A DNA stretch of 64,000 nucleotides from Candidatus Poribacteria bacterium (GTDB taxonomy: Bacteria > Poribacteria > WGA-4E > WGA-3G). Location of the stretch: the NCBI GenBank assembly GCA_965197475.1, contig CBDANF010000003.1, forward strand, positions 2,720,001 to 2,784,000. Reading direction: 5' to 3'. A program made the translations under genes and the position numbers. Of this stretch, positions 7,763-18,800 are shown one piece after another; the stretch's first letter is position 1; the number at the start of each line of letters is the position of its first letter. The notes beneath the pieces are model-generated. The model saw only the letters and a list, made by a program, of their open reading frames with translations. It did not search any database and was not told where the DNA came from.

Positions 7763-10666
7763 TCACTCAACCGAAACCGCAATTGGCTGATACCCAAAAA
7801 CAGCTTTTCCATTGCTCATTAACGGCGATTCACTGCCAGGGTCAGTAATATCAACCGTCCAGAGTTGTCCGTTATTTTCATAGAGTATCCAGCGTCCGTT
7901 CGGTGGCACCCAGACGGGACGACTACCGCCCATCTCAGTTATTTTTTCCTCTGTGGGTTGACCGGTATCGGAAAAAGTAACTATCCAAATTTGACGGGAG
8001 TTTTCACCTGTCCCGCGTGAAAAAGCGAGGATATTTTGGTCAGCAGGATGCCAAGCGGGTTCCGCATCATCTGCCGGGGAGATAACGATCGACTCAACAC
8101 TGTTTGTTACATGGTCAAAGGCATAGATGTTACGGTTTTCCCCAACTTGCGGATTTTCAATTGTTCCCACAGTCGCATAAGCAAGCAGCTGTCCATCTCT
8201 GCGCCATGCCGGATTAGTCATTTCACGGGCTGTTGAAGGAATTCGGAAAATCTCTTCGCTCCGTAGATGTTGGATAAGGATCCGTTTACGGCCGCTTGGC
8301 TCCGTATGTGAATATGCAAGATATTCACCATCGGCGGAGATCGTGACATCTTCCGCAAGATGCCGATTATCAAGAAAGACCATGCTTTTTCCCGTAGCAA
8401 TATCTTTGAGAATGACATTGTCATCAAAATCATGGTAAACAAGTGTCCCATTTTCCGATGCAGAGGGGCGAAAACCCGCACCGAGCGGTGCAACCCGTGT
8501 GTCAACTACTACGGAAGACTCATCGCCTGCTTCAGCATCAACTGCGCGGTCAGCTGCCGTAGCCGGAGCTATCCGCCATAAAACGCCATCATGGCTATAA
8601 TAGATAAACACAGACTCTGCAGCAAGCGAAAACCCATCTACACTCAAACCTTGGAGTAGTCCCTCGTTAGTCTCAGTCTTATTGTCCTTTCCATCCTCTT
8701 CAGGCGTTTCTGTAGCTTTAAGAATATTCGCTGTGTTCGGTTCAAATTTGTCGCTGTTTTTCAGTTTCCAACCAGCACCATCCGCCTCAAAGTGAAACGC
8801 TAAGCCTCTTGTCCAATACATCCACTCTTCAATCATTTTTCCATTCCGTGTGTATTTGAAAATATCCTCAGGTTCCCCATACATCCGTGCGATATTCCAC
8901 CGTCCACCATCTGAGAGTTCAGCCATTGTGCCTTTCTCATCAACATAAGACGCTAAAATGTCAATATCCACATGTGGTGTTGTTTTGCCGGAAAACACGG
9001 TGATAGCAGCTGGAGTGCCGCGCACTGGTTGATGTGTGCCGTAAATCCCGATTCCGTCCGATGTTCCTGAGCGTGCATCACCGTTTTGGTCAACGATTGC
9101 CATGACATAGTATTTGCCGGGTTTCACGTCAACAAGGTATGTGCCATCTTCGTCAAGAAAAAGCGGCATCCACATCGGTGAACTGAAGTCCGGTGTCGTA
9201 GACAGACTCAAAATACCATCCGGGACAGGTGCCTCATTCTCCGATGTAACGTTTTTATTTGCTGCTTTAGTAGTACGCGAGGACAAAAATGACGTGATTT
9301 TGCCAGTGATACTCCCCATCTGTTCCTCTGAAGGTATTCCGGCGGTTGGATTCGATCCGAGATCAACGGTAGAACGCGTGTTTTCTAAATTGGATAATGC
9401 AACAAGCTGCCCATCCGCATCATAATGTGCGCTCATCCGAATGTAAACGGCACGCGTTTTCCCCTCATCAACGGTTAACAAAGCAGGTGGTATTGTCGCA
9501 ATTGCGTCTGTTCCAAAACCGCCAAGACTATCACCTACGCTGTACTTGCCGTCTCCATCCACGTCATGATTCGCGATAAAATAGTACTCACCTGGCGGTA
9601 ATTGGAGACAATACTGCCCTTCTGCATCTGTTTTGGTTATCACAATAGGATTCACCAACGCAGAAGTAGGGTATACTTCAACCCGAACCGCTGTACCCGT
9701 TTGTGGAATTGGCATTATACGACCAGAAACAATCGCAGTGCTTTCCTGAATTTTCGTTTGATGTTTCGCAGTATAGGTGGCAGAAACCAGGATCTCTAAA
9801 TCCTCAGTAAATGCGTTAGGTTTAATCAACACAGGTTCTGGAAAGGCACCACGTTTATGAATATCTGTAACGCCATAAAAGCCGAACGTGTCCCCTACGT
9901 CAAGTTTGTTACTGGAATTCTTATCAACAATCGCCATCAGATAGTATTTACCCGGTTTCAATCGAAGTTCCCACGCACCGGTTTTGGTATCAACAACAGC
10001 AATCCCAGCCCGATATTTCCATGACGTGTCTGTATACGCAAGGATAAGCCGTTGGACTTCAGTACCTACCGCTTTTTCAGTATATTTCAGTATGCCTTGA
10101 CAACCTGATGTCGCTTGGGTTAACTCGCTCTTGAATCGTCGGTACTCACTTGGTCGGTATGTGGAAGCAGCAACCAGTTTGAGTTCATCCCCTGTCCGTT
10201 GCAGACGAGCCGTAATCGGAATCTTTATCCCCTTCAATTGTGTGTTTGAACCGATATCGACCGCCTGATGTTTTTGCGCTTTATTTTGCCAATCTTTTAC
10301 TCCCAAGACACCGTAAGCATCTCCCTCGTCAAATTTGCCGGAACCATCAACATCAATATAAGCAACTAAATAATACCTACCCGGTTCCACACGGAGTGTG
10401 AATGTCCCTGTTTTCAAACGGGATACACCACTAGTATAAAGGTCTTTGAGTTTTTCATCGCGATATACCGACACATTTGTTTGTGAAAGGTCCTGTCCCT
10501 CCCAAATAATCTCTCCGGACAGTGTCGCTGTCATACGTTTGATTGAAGATTCGGGGTTAGCAGAACCAGGTGGAAACGCCTGATTTGACGATTGTTGTGC
10601 ATAGAGTAACAGATTCCCGATTAATCCGATGCCAATAATAAGTGTAAAAAATGCCAATCGTTTCAT
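7763..10666 (-). CDS. Secreted protein with four beta-sandwich/DxDxxG repeats and a C-terminal TolB/PD40-like propeller
   Basis: Signal peptide; four PG.YY..A..D.[DN]..[GN]....[GS]D..G..G repeats; NPAW, EPAW and RPVW PD40-like motifs. Confidence 0.75.
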   Translation of the reverse strand: MKRLAFFTLIIGIGLIGNLLLYAQQSSNQAFPPGSANPESSIKRMTATLSGEIIWEGQDLSQTNVSVYRDEKLKDLYTSGVSRLKTGTFTLRVEPGRYYLVAYIDVDGSGKFDEGDAYGVLGVKDWQNKAQKHQAVDIGSNTQLKGIKIPITARLQRTGDELKLVAASTYRPSEYRRFKSELTQATSGCQGILKYTEKAVGTEVQRLILAYTDTSWKYRAGIAVVDTKTGAWELRLKPGKYYLMAIVDKNSSNKLDVGDTFGFYGVTDIHKRGAFPEPVLIKPNAFTEDLEILVSATYTAKHQTKIQESTAIVSGRIMPIPQTGTAVRVEVYPTSALVNPIVITKTDAEGQYCLQLPPGEYYFIANHDVDGDGKYSVGDSLGGFGTDAIATIPPALLTVDEGKTRAVYIRMSAHYDADGQLVALSNLENTRSTVDLGSNPTAGIPSEEQMGSITGKITSFLSSRTTKAANKNVTSENEAPVPDGILSLSTTPDFSSPMWMPLFLDEDGTYLVDVKPGKYYVMAIVDQNGDARSGTSDGIGIYGTHQPVRGTPAAITVFSGKTTPHVDIDILASYVDEKGTMAELSDGGRWNIARMYGEPEDIFKYTRNGKMIEEWMYWTRGLAFHFEADGAGWKLKNSDKFEPNTANILKATETPEEDGKDNKTETNEGLLQGLSVDGFSLAAESVFIYYSHDGVLWRIAPATAADRAVDAEAGDESSVVVDTRVAPLGAGFRPSASENGTLVYHDFDDNVILKDIATGKSMVFLDNRHLAEDVTISADGEYLAYSHTEPSGRKRILIQHLRSEEIFRIPSTAREMTNPAWRRDGQLLAYATVGTIENPQVGENRNIYAFDHVTNSVESIVISPADDAEPAWHPADQNILAFSRGTGENSRQIWIVTFSDTGQPTEEKITEMGGSRPVWVPPNGRWILYENNGQLWTVDITDPGSESPLMSNGKAVFGYQPIAVSVE

Positions 10667-10796
10667 AATTACTCTGTCTCCATTTTGATCCGATTACTTG
10701 TAATATATTGTAGTCCCTCTTATTTCCTGTTTTCATTTTATCATATCTTTGAACAATTATCAAGGAAATCATGGGCTGCGCAGAGCCATTCAGTTC

Positions 10797-10829
10797 GTAG
10801 GTTGGGTAGAGCGCAAGCGAAACCCAACA
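10797..10829 (+). repeat. GTAG-type REP (gtaggttgggtagagc..gcgaaacccaac); further copies at 14479-14509, 25125-25156 and 43655-43685
   Basis: Four near-identical intergenic copies, each GTAG plus an imperfect hairpin. Confidence 0.85.
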
Positions 10830-10999
10830 ATTAACCAGTTTGTAGGAGGTCTGTATAGTTCTTGGCATTAACCACACCCTCATTTGTAGTGGCTTGTAAG
10901 CACGCCAATCAAGATGTATCGTTAATTGTAAAATCTACTCTAAATGAGTCTGATACTTGTAATAATCCAAGTGATACAAATCTATGAATATGGTATCAT

Positions 11000-11338
11000 G
11001 TGAAATACATTGATGTCCTGTTTTTAGACGAACCTTTTACCAATCTCGATGTTACGACCGTGACATTTCTGAAATCATTACTCCAACGTTTAGCCGATTT
11101 GGGCAAAACAATACTCTACTGCACACACATACTTGAAGTGGCAGAAACGCTCTGCCCGCGAATTATGATTATCAATAACGGAAAACTCATCGCAGACGCA
11201 CCGGTGGCGGCGTTACAGCAGCAGACAAATCAGACAGCACTCAACGAAATTTTTGTCCAGTTGACTGAAACAATAGGACTTGATGAGAAAACTGATGAAG
11301 CAGTTCGGATTGTGATGGAGGACACACCGAATGCTTGA
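11000..11338 (+). pseudogene. ABC transporter ATP-binding subunit, 5'-truncated
   Basis: Begins at Walker B LFLDEP and has the H-loop CTH; no Walker A or signature motif; overlaps the permease start. Confidence 0.75.
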
Positions 11339-12944
11339 GAAAATTGCTGGAATATTTGACGTATCCTCAACCCAGTACAAATATCTCCTACAGACAGAAA
11401 AAACCGTCACGAAACGATCACTTGAAGGACAACCCCTTGCTTCAAACATATTGAACTACGTGTTCAGTTTTTTGATTAGTGCAACGTTTTTCTTTATTCC
11501 GTTACTGATAAACATTTCTGTCTATAACTACGCACTGATAGGAATAACTGTATCGATGGTGATGATAGGGATATGGACGCTACCCTACTTTGATATTCTC
11601 ATCTACCCCATAAACTATCCCGTTGTGGCGCATACACCGATATCATCGCGCACCTATTTTCTTGTGAAGTTGACACAGATACTCAGTTATACTGTCAAGT
11701 TGTTGGTTTGTCTAAATCTCATACCTGCTATCGGCGGCATTTGGATTCGTAGTGGAGAATCTTCTCAGCTCCAAATCCTTTTTCCGTTAGTCTATCTCCC
11801 TATCGCTATTATTTCCGGCATATTCACTATTGGTATTATGACAACATTTGCAGGGTTTTTGACAAAGCTATACGCCTATAAAAAACTACGAAATCTCGCC
11901 AAATTTTCTCAAGGATTATTTCCTGTACTGTTTCCATCAGTGTGGATGATCATTTATTTCCTCCCTAAAGACATCCCCAAGGATACTACTATAGAAATGT
12001 TTTCCTCCGCTGCAAAATGGTTCTATGCCCTTCCGAACGGTTGGTTTGCTGCCACAGTCTCGGTCGGACTTGGACAAATAGAAATCCGTTTTCTGATTTT
12101 AACTGTACTCGCCGTTATTTCAACTGCTTTCTTAGTCCTTGTGCCACTTCAAAGCATCGCTAAAACATATTCAAAATACCTTTCCTACCTATTAGAAACG
12201 GATATCAAGCAAAAATTCAAGTTAAAAGTCAAAATCCCTCGGTTTGCAAAAATTATCCGAAACCGCATTATCCTTGCGGGTCTTTGTATGAGTTCAGTAT
12301 ATTTCTGCCGAGATAAAAGGATGCTGCAAGGGGTATTAGGTATGCTTGGAAGTTCCATCGGCTTTTTTGTTCTCTTTACACAGGCAGATAAATTTTATTT
12401 GGGATGGATTGTGAAGTCATACATTCCCGGACTAAACCCCGCGTTTTTTACGGTGTCCTGTTTTTTCGGTGTAGGCTTCGTAAGCATTTTTCTCTCTACT
12501 GTCAGGTATACGGAACATTGGAAGGCATCGTGGATGTTTAGGGTTATACCGCTTACGGCACCTCTTGACTTATGGCGCGGCGCACAGATAACCACTATGC
12601 TCTATGCTGTTATGCCGTATACGCTTTTGCTGTACGCTATTGCTATCGTCTTTTGGCGGGAAGCAGGGATTTTATATGTTTTGCCGAATCTGGTCTTTAT
12701 CTTGTATAATATCCTGCTTCACCCAAAACCTGAATCGGGTTTTCCATTCTCTGAAGAAATCAACCCAAAGAAAGGCGGAATGGGGTGTGCACATTTTATC
12801 TATGTTAATCTTGCAATGATGCTCTTCATCGGTATCCACTTTATGGCTTACCTGATTCATGTGTGGGTATATATCGGGGTGTATTGCGTTATTGTGGTGG
12901 GTGGGCTTTTCGGGTTTGTTTATCTTTTCACGAAAAGAGAGTGA
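11331..12944 (+). CDS. Putative ABC-2 type exporter permease
   Basis: 537 aa with many TM segments; TPISSRTYFLVKL motif; coupled to the ATPase fragment. Confidence 0.7.
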   Translation: MLEKIAGIFDVSSTQYKYLLQTEKTVTKRSLEGQPLASNILNYVFSFLISATFFFIPLLINISVYNYALIGITVSMVMIGIWTLPYFDILIYPINYPVVAHTPISSRTYFLVKLTQILSYTVKLLVCLNLIPAIGGIWIRSGESSQLQILFPLVYLPIAIISGIFTIGIMTTFAGFLTKLYAYKKLRNLAKFSQGLFPVLFPSVWMIIYFLPKDIPKDTTIEMFSSAAKWFYALPNGWFAATVSVGLGQIEIRFLILTVLAVISTAFLVLVPLQSIAKTYSKYLSYLLETDIKQKFKLKVKIPRFAKIIRNRIILAGLCMSSVYFCRDKRMLQGVLGMLGSSIGFFVLFTQADKFYLGWIVKSYIPGLNPAFFTVSCFFGVGFVSIFLSTVRYTEHWKASWMFRVIPLTAPLDLWRGAQITTMLYAVMPYTLLLYAIAIVFWREAGILYVLPNLVFILYNILLHPKPESGFPFSEEINPKKGGMGCAHFIYVNLAMMLFIGIHFMAYLIHVWVYIGVYCVIVVGGLFGFVYLFTKRE

Positions 12945-13076
12945 AAAGGCACACTTAAAAGTAGCAGGCACGCTGTGTGTGCCGTAACTATAGGCAAAGA
13001 GACGCAATGAATTGCGCACTACAAATGCCGATTTTGCACTCCTGAGACGCGGTGGATAGCACACGGAATGTGACTA

Positions 13077-14444
13077 CTACTTCGCCAAATCTTTTGCTTT
13101 TTTGAACTTCTGTTTAGCGAATTGTCCCCATTCTTTGATCTTCTCGTTCCGATACACTTGGTCTTTCCAGTCTGATGCAGCAATTTTCATTGCCTCCTCT
13201 TCAGAAATCGGCATCTCCACCAGTGCTGCTATCGCCGCTTCGCGTTTTTCTGCGTCTTTACAATTGCTAATCGCTTTCCATGCATCAACAAGGTCCTCAT
13301 GCGGATCAATGATGAGAACACCAAAAAGATCATTAACAATATCCCATCGCGTACTGCCTTTTTCAGCATCATAAGGAAACGGAGTTAATTGTAACGCGAA
13401 CGGGTTCGTAACAACGCACCGATCCCCTAATTTATCATAGAGTGCTGGGAGTACACTGGCACGATTCAGTCCACCTTTCCATTTAGGGCCCTCAGGATCA
13501 CTGTCGCGTAGCATCCACAGTTTTTGTGCCTTTTCAGACAAAACGAACGCAACAAACTTTTTCGCCACATCCATGTTCGGCGCGCCTTTAAAGATTGCGA
13601 TGGAGTCCGGATTGACAACAGTACCATCGGTCGGCAAAACATATTTGATTTTATCAGCACCCACTGCCGCTATCTGACTGTAAGCATAAAAATCAATGGC
13701 TAACCCATAAATCACTTCCCCGTTAGCAACGTCCCTTGGAATAACATTGGAGCCAGCGGAGAACTTTTTCACATTTCCGCCCAATTTCGTCAGGAGCGCA
13801 AATCCCTTATCCCATCCGTGCGTTTGAAGGATAATCTCATACATCATATGCGCGCTACCGCTTTCATTCGGATCCGCTGCACCAATTCTATTGATCAAAG
13901 CGATGTCACCCAAATCCTCCCATTTTGTGGTTTTAGGGAGTTTGCGCAGCTCACGCACCTGATCATTATACATAATACCGAAACTTGACAACGCCGCACC
14001 ATACCACCGATGCTTGACATCATAAACAGGAATACCATGATACATTTGTGGAATCTGTTTCAGTTGGGCATCGGGGAGTTTGTATGAAGTTAACAACCCC
14101 ATCTCAGCAAGACGCAGATAACTGTCCGTTCCACCGCCAAAGAAAATATCAATACCGATACCATCTGGCACCCGCTCAAACTCTGATACAATATTCCGAT
14201 AGTTGGTAGAGGTGCCGCCGGCATCTCGCCAATCAGTTTCAACTGTTCTGCCAGTCTCTACTTCATACCATTTTTCAAAGTTATCGCCGAATTCCTTCTC
14301 AATACTTTCGGGATGGGGAGATATAATTATGAGTTTATCCTGTGCAGATACGGCAACCGACAATGCCATTAGGCAGAGCAGTAACCCAAATGTTGCGATA
14401 TGGGGAACCTTCAAAATTCGCCCTAACGGATTTAAAATGGACAT
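13077..14444 (-). CDS. ABC transporter extracellular solute-binding protein (Fe3+/thiamine-like family)
   Basis: ATG at 14444 with AGGAG SD; motifs IISPH, DIFFGGG, ADPNESGS, NPDSIAIFKGAPN. Confidence 0.85.
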   Translation of the reverse strand: MSILNPLGRILKVPHIATFGLLLCLMALSVAVSAQDKLIIISPHPESIEKEFGDNFEKWYEVETGRTVETDWRDAGGTSTNYRNIVSEFERVPDGIGIDIFFGGGTDSYLRLAEMGLLTSYKLPDAQLKQIPQMYHGIPVYDVKHRWYGAALSSFGIMYNDQVRELRKLPKTTKWEDLGDIALINRIGAADPNESGSAHMMYEIILQTHGWDKGFALLTKLGGNVKKFSAGSNVIPRDVANGEVIYGLAIDFYAYSQIAAVGADKIKYVLPTDGTVVNPDSIAIFKGAPNMDVAKKFVAFVLSEKAQKLWMLRDSDPEGPKWKGGLNRASVLPALYDKLGDRCVVTNPFALQLTPFPYDAEKGSTRWDIVNDLFGVLIIDPHEDLVDAWKAISNCKDAEKREAAIAALVEMPISEEEAMKIAASDWKDQVYRNEKIKEWGQFAKQKFKKAKDLAK

Positions 14445-14841
14445 GGTTGTGATTTCTCCTCTGAATATTGAAATTTTTGTAGGTTGGGTAGAGCGTGCGA
14501 AACCCAACAAATTCTGATTTACGAGATGCTCTCTACAATCAGTAATAATAGCAACTGAAAACCGAAACCGATAAAATGTCTTAGATTCTAAACAGCGAAA
14601 CAATATCCCGTATTTTCCACATTAAAATCAAGATGCCACCAAGCAGTATTAGATACCACACAATCATCGGTATTATCCGCTTTTTCTTAAAGAACGAACG
14701 GGATGGTCTCTTCTGTTCCATTATATCGCTCCTTACGCTTATCTTGTTAGAAAGGATTGCACCTCAGACACTGTTGCGATTATGATAGCATATATCACGG
14801 AAAAATGTCAAATCCTATTCTGTGAATTTTCGTAACTTGCA

Positions 14842-14871
14842 TTGCTATATTCTTCGTTATTATGGTATAAT
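14842..14871 (+). promoter_or_regulatory. Putative extended -10 promoter of sspB (probably leaderless)
   Basis: TTGCTA-18 nt-TATAAT with TG extension; ATG follows 7 nt later at 14879 with no SD. Confidence 0.55.
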
Positions 14872-14878
14872 AACACCT

Positions 14879-15817
14879 ATGGAAAATCTTCTACTTGCTG
14901 AACATTCAGCTTCTCCATATCTGATTAATCCATCATTTTCAGGGCACCAAACCTTTCCGTTTCGGTATACGTGGCTAAAGAAGGGCGTTGATGCGGCGAC
15001 AGAAGATCCAACGATCTTTTCATCAGAATACGCTACTGTGACTTTAGGTGTCGGAAAAAACATGGTGGATTCTATTCGGCACTGGTGCAGCGTTGCAGGA
15101 CTCATCAAAGCAGATTATCATCAACGCGGTCGATTCGTTCCCACTATCCTTGGCAAATCCATTTTTGATGACAAAAAAGGATTTGACCCGTACCTTGATG
15201 ATCCTGCCACTTTGTGGTTGATTCACTGGCAGATCACAACGAATATCAATCAGGCAACCGCGTGGTATTGGGCATTTAATATTCTAAAGAAAAATCAATT
15301 CATTCGTTCAACATTCATGAAAGAGTTGTACGAATGGGTACGACAACAGAAAGAATCCACGCCGCTTGCTTCTGACAACACACTTCAACGGGATGTTAAT
15401 TGCTTTATCCGAACCTACTGCCAGTCACGTCACAGTGCTGCTGTAGTGGAAGAGACGTTTGACTGTCCACTCGTTGAACTCAACTTAATAGCTGAATTGC
15501 CAGATGGTGAAGGGTATGGATTCCAGCGCGGCGAAAAAGAGACGTTACCAATTGAGGTTGTTACCGCAACACTCATAGCCTTTTGGGATGTTCGTTTTTC
15601 CGAAAGGGACGCACTGTCTTTCACAGACCTGATGTACGCCCCCTTAAGTCCAGGACGAATTTTCAGATTAGACGAAGACACGATGACGATATATCTTGAA
15701 AAACTTGAACAACTCACCGATGGCGCACTGCTATACGACGAAACCGCTGACCTGAAGCAGGTCTATCGATATAGAGATTTTAATCCGATGCAGGCTTTAA
15801 AGAGGTATTATGGGTAA
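14879..15817 (+). CDS. sspB: DUF4007 family protein, SspB-like
   Basis: FSGHQTFPFRYTWLKKG, LGVGKNMVDSIRHW, DPYLDDPATLWLIHW, CPLVELNL; first gene of a DUF4007-ATPase-PAPS reductase cluster. Confidence 0.85.
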   Translation: MENLLLAEHSASPYLINPSFSGHQTFPFRYTWLKKGVDAATEDPTIFSSEYATVTLGVGKNMVDSIRHWCSVAGLIKADYHQRGRFVPTILGKSIFDDKKGFDPYLDDPATLWLIHWQITTNINQATAWYWAFNILKKNQFIRSTFMKELYEWVRQQKESTPLASDNTLQRDVNCFIRTYCQSRHSAAVVEETFDCPLVELNLIAELPDGEGYGFQRGEKETLPIEVVTATLIAFWDVRFSERDALSFTDLMYAPLSPGRIFRLDEDTMTIYLEKLEQLTDGALLYDETADLKQVYRYRDFNPMQALKRYYG

Positions 15818-18800
15818 CGTTCCGCTGTCAGATCTTTTTCATATAAAAGGTCGTTTTCGCCGCTCGGTGCACATTGAACGTGACTTCTATACAGAAAATG
15901 CCCTTGATGGATACGTTTTAACTGTCACCGCGCGGGAAATGTTATCACGTCTCATTGCAACGTTTGAAAATGAGGCAACATCTAAAGCGTGGTCACTTAC
16001 CGGTCCCTACGGGTCGGGCAAATCAGCATTTGCACTCTTCGCCGCGAAACTGCTTGGCAATTCTGATGCCCGGACAACACAACAAGCTTTTGAAATACTA
16101 AAACGTGGAGATGCCTCGTTATATGAACGATTCATCAGCACAAACGGTGATGAAAAGCGGACACCCTCTGGATTCTGTCCAGTACTTATCTCAGGAGAAC
16201 GTGCACCACTTTCACTCGCTCTTTTGCGCGGTTTAGATCGCGGAATCACCACATCCAACGGAACACAAATTTCTATTTCACTACGTCAAGAACTTGATAA
16301 TCTGTTGGAAACAGTAGAAAATGACTCCCTACCATCTGCTTCTGAAGTTACGCGCTTATTTGAATTAGCAACGCACGAGATTTGTGATGCGGGAGGCTCC
16401 GGTATGTTGCTCGTAGTTGACGAACTCGGAAAATTTCTTGAATACGCCACGCAACACCCGACACAAGGCGATATGTTTATCCTGCAGAGTCTCGCGGAAT
16501 TGGCAGACCGAAGCAAGCGAACCCCGCTGTTTCTAATGACCATCCTCCATCAAGCTTTTGACGTTTACGCACAGCGTACCGCGCAATCGCAACGCGAAGA
16601 ATGGGCGAAGGTTCAAGGACGATTTGAAGATGTTGTCTTTGCCGAACCTACAGAACAGGTACTCCGTTTAGTCGGTACGGCACTTGAGAAGTCCTCAGAA
16701 ATTATTTGCAAAGATAACCTTAACACCGCAGCCGAATTAGGACTTAAACCGCGCCAACTTGACGAGAGCGAATTCTCCCAACTGTTGGAGAGTTGTCTTC
16801 CGCTTCACCCAACCGTAGCACTTCTTATCGGACCACTTTTTCGACGATTCGCACAGAATGAACGTTCCCTCTTCGCTTTTCTCAGCTCAAGTGAACCGTA
16901 CGGGTTACAAGATTTCCTTTCAAACCAACACTACGACGGGTACCGACTGCAGACGTTTTCGCTCGCGGACCTATACGACTACCTTAACGCTACGCAGGGC
17001 AATAAACTCTATGCTTCAAGAAACAGCAAAAAGTGGGTAGAAATTGAATCCGCAATAGCGCACTTGTCAGACCCATCCGACATGACAGTTAAACTGATTA
17101 AGACTATTGGTTTACTCAGCATCGTTAGTGAACCAATTCCTAACTTGAAAGCCTCAGAACAGCTGCTCCGTTACGCATTAGACGATGGCACAGAAGAATT
17201 TGCAACCGAATTTGCTGAAACACTTGCAACACTGAAAAAACGATCAATCATTATCCACCGTCGGTACAACAACACTTACGGACTCTGGGAAGGGAGTGAC
17301 ATTGATATTGAGTCAAAACTCCGTGAGGCAGAAACACACGTTGACACGAAAATCGCCCTCGCTACGGACCTATCGCGCTACATGCCCACGCGCCCGCTCG
17401 TTGCAAGACGGCACCTGTTTCAAACAGGGACCCTGCGCTACTTCACTATTCGCTACACCGATTTTGAAAACTTTGATACAGACCTCAAAGAACCGATCGG
17501 TGATGCAGACGGACTCGTTCTCTATGCTTTGCCTGCAAATGAATATGAGGTTAAGCAGCTCGTTGAAAAGGCAGGCAACATTGACACCGCAGATCACAAA
17601 GAGGTGCTAATTGCAATCCCGCATTCCATCGGTTTTCTGGATGATGCTGTCACGCAACTTGCATGTTTACACTGGATTACGGACAACATACCTGAACTTG
17701 AAAGCGATGCAGTCGCAAGGCGCGAACTCTCAATGCAGCAGGTTGAAGTTGAACGCGATATGTCCCGTCAGTTAACAACAATTTTTAGCGGAGATAAGGA
17801 AGACATCCGTATGTGGTATAGCAACGGTCAAACGGTAGATATTAACTCGCAACGTGTCCGAAACGCGCACTTGTCAAAAATCTGTGATGCGGTTTTTCAC
17901 AAAACACCCCTCATTCGGAATGAACTTATCAATCGTCGTAAAATCTCTGGTGCTGCAACATCCGCACGCAAGAAATTAATTCAAGCCATGCTTGAAAACG
18001 GTGACAAAGAAAATCTCGGCATCACTGGCTATCCAGCTGAAATGAGTATCTACCGATCCCTCTTATGGAATACGGGGATACACCGTCGGGTCTCTGGTGT
18101 TTGGGGGTTCCACCCACCAAAAGCAGATGATAAAAACAAAATAACGCACGTGTGGAATGCAATCGAAATATTTCTTGAGAAGTGTGAAAATAAACGTCAA
18201 TCTGTCATAAAACTTTATGAGCGTCTGATGGTGCCGCCTTACGGTGTGCGAAATGGTCCGCTCCCCATTCTGTTGTGTGTTGCGATTTTCCATTACAGAA
18301 CAGAAATCGCACTTTATGAAAACGGTTCCTTTGTTGCGGATCTATCTGTCCCAGTCTTTGAACGGTTGCTTAAAGTACCAGAGCAATTTGAACTGAAGCG
18401 ATTTCGGTTAGCGGGTATCCGCGCAGAGCTCTTTGCACAATTTTTGAAGATGCTCAACCAACCTACAGAAACCGAAAACCCGGATCTATTGACGGTGGTC
18501 ACACCGTTGATGCGCTTTATTGGACGGCTCCCGAAGTACACTTTGGCAACCCAAACGTTGAGTGATGCGGCAAAAAGAACGCGTGATACCGTCAGAAATG
18601 CACGTGAACCTGACGAACTTCTCTTTAAGCAGTTACCGGAGTCGCTCGGATTTTCCGCTTTTACTGCAAAAGCAGCAGATTCAAAGACAGTTTCAGATTT
18701 TTTCAATACGTTACAAGGTGCCTTGTCCGAATTAGGAAGTGCTTACGACCAACTGCTAAACTCCCTTGAACAGATGCTCGCGGCAGCGTTCACATCCGAA

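Noticed and set aside
13077-14603. Longer ORF-track starts for the solute-binding protein, and likewise for sspB, the TPR gene and the 5311 gene
   Set aside because: The extensions run through REP or promoter DNA or overlap neighbouring genes; the downstream ATGs have SD or promoter support.
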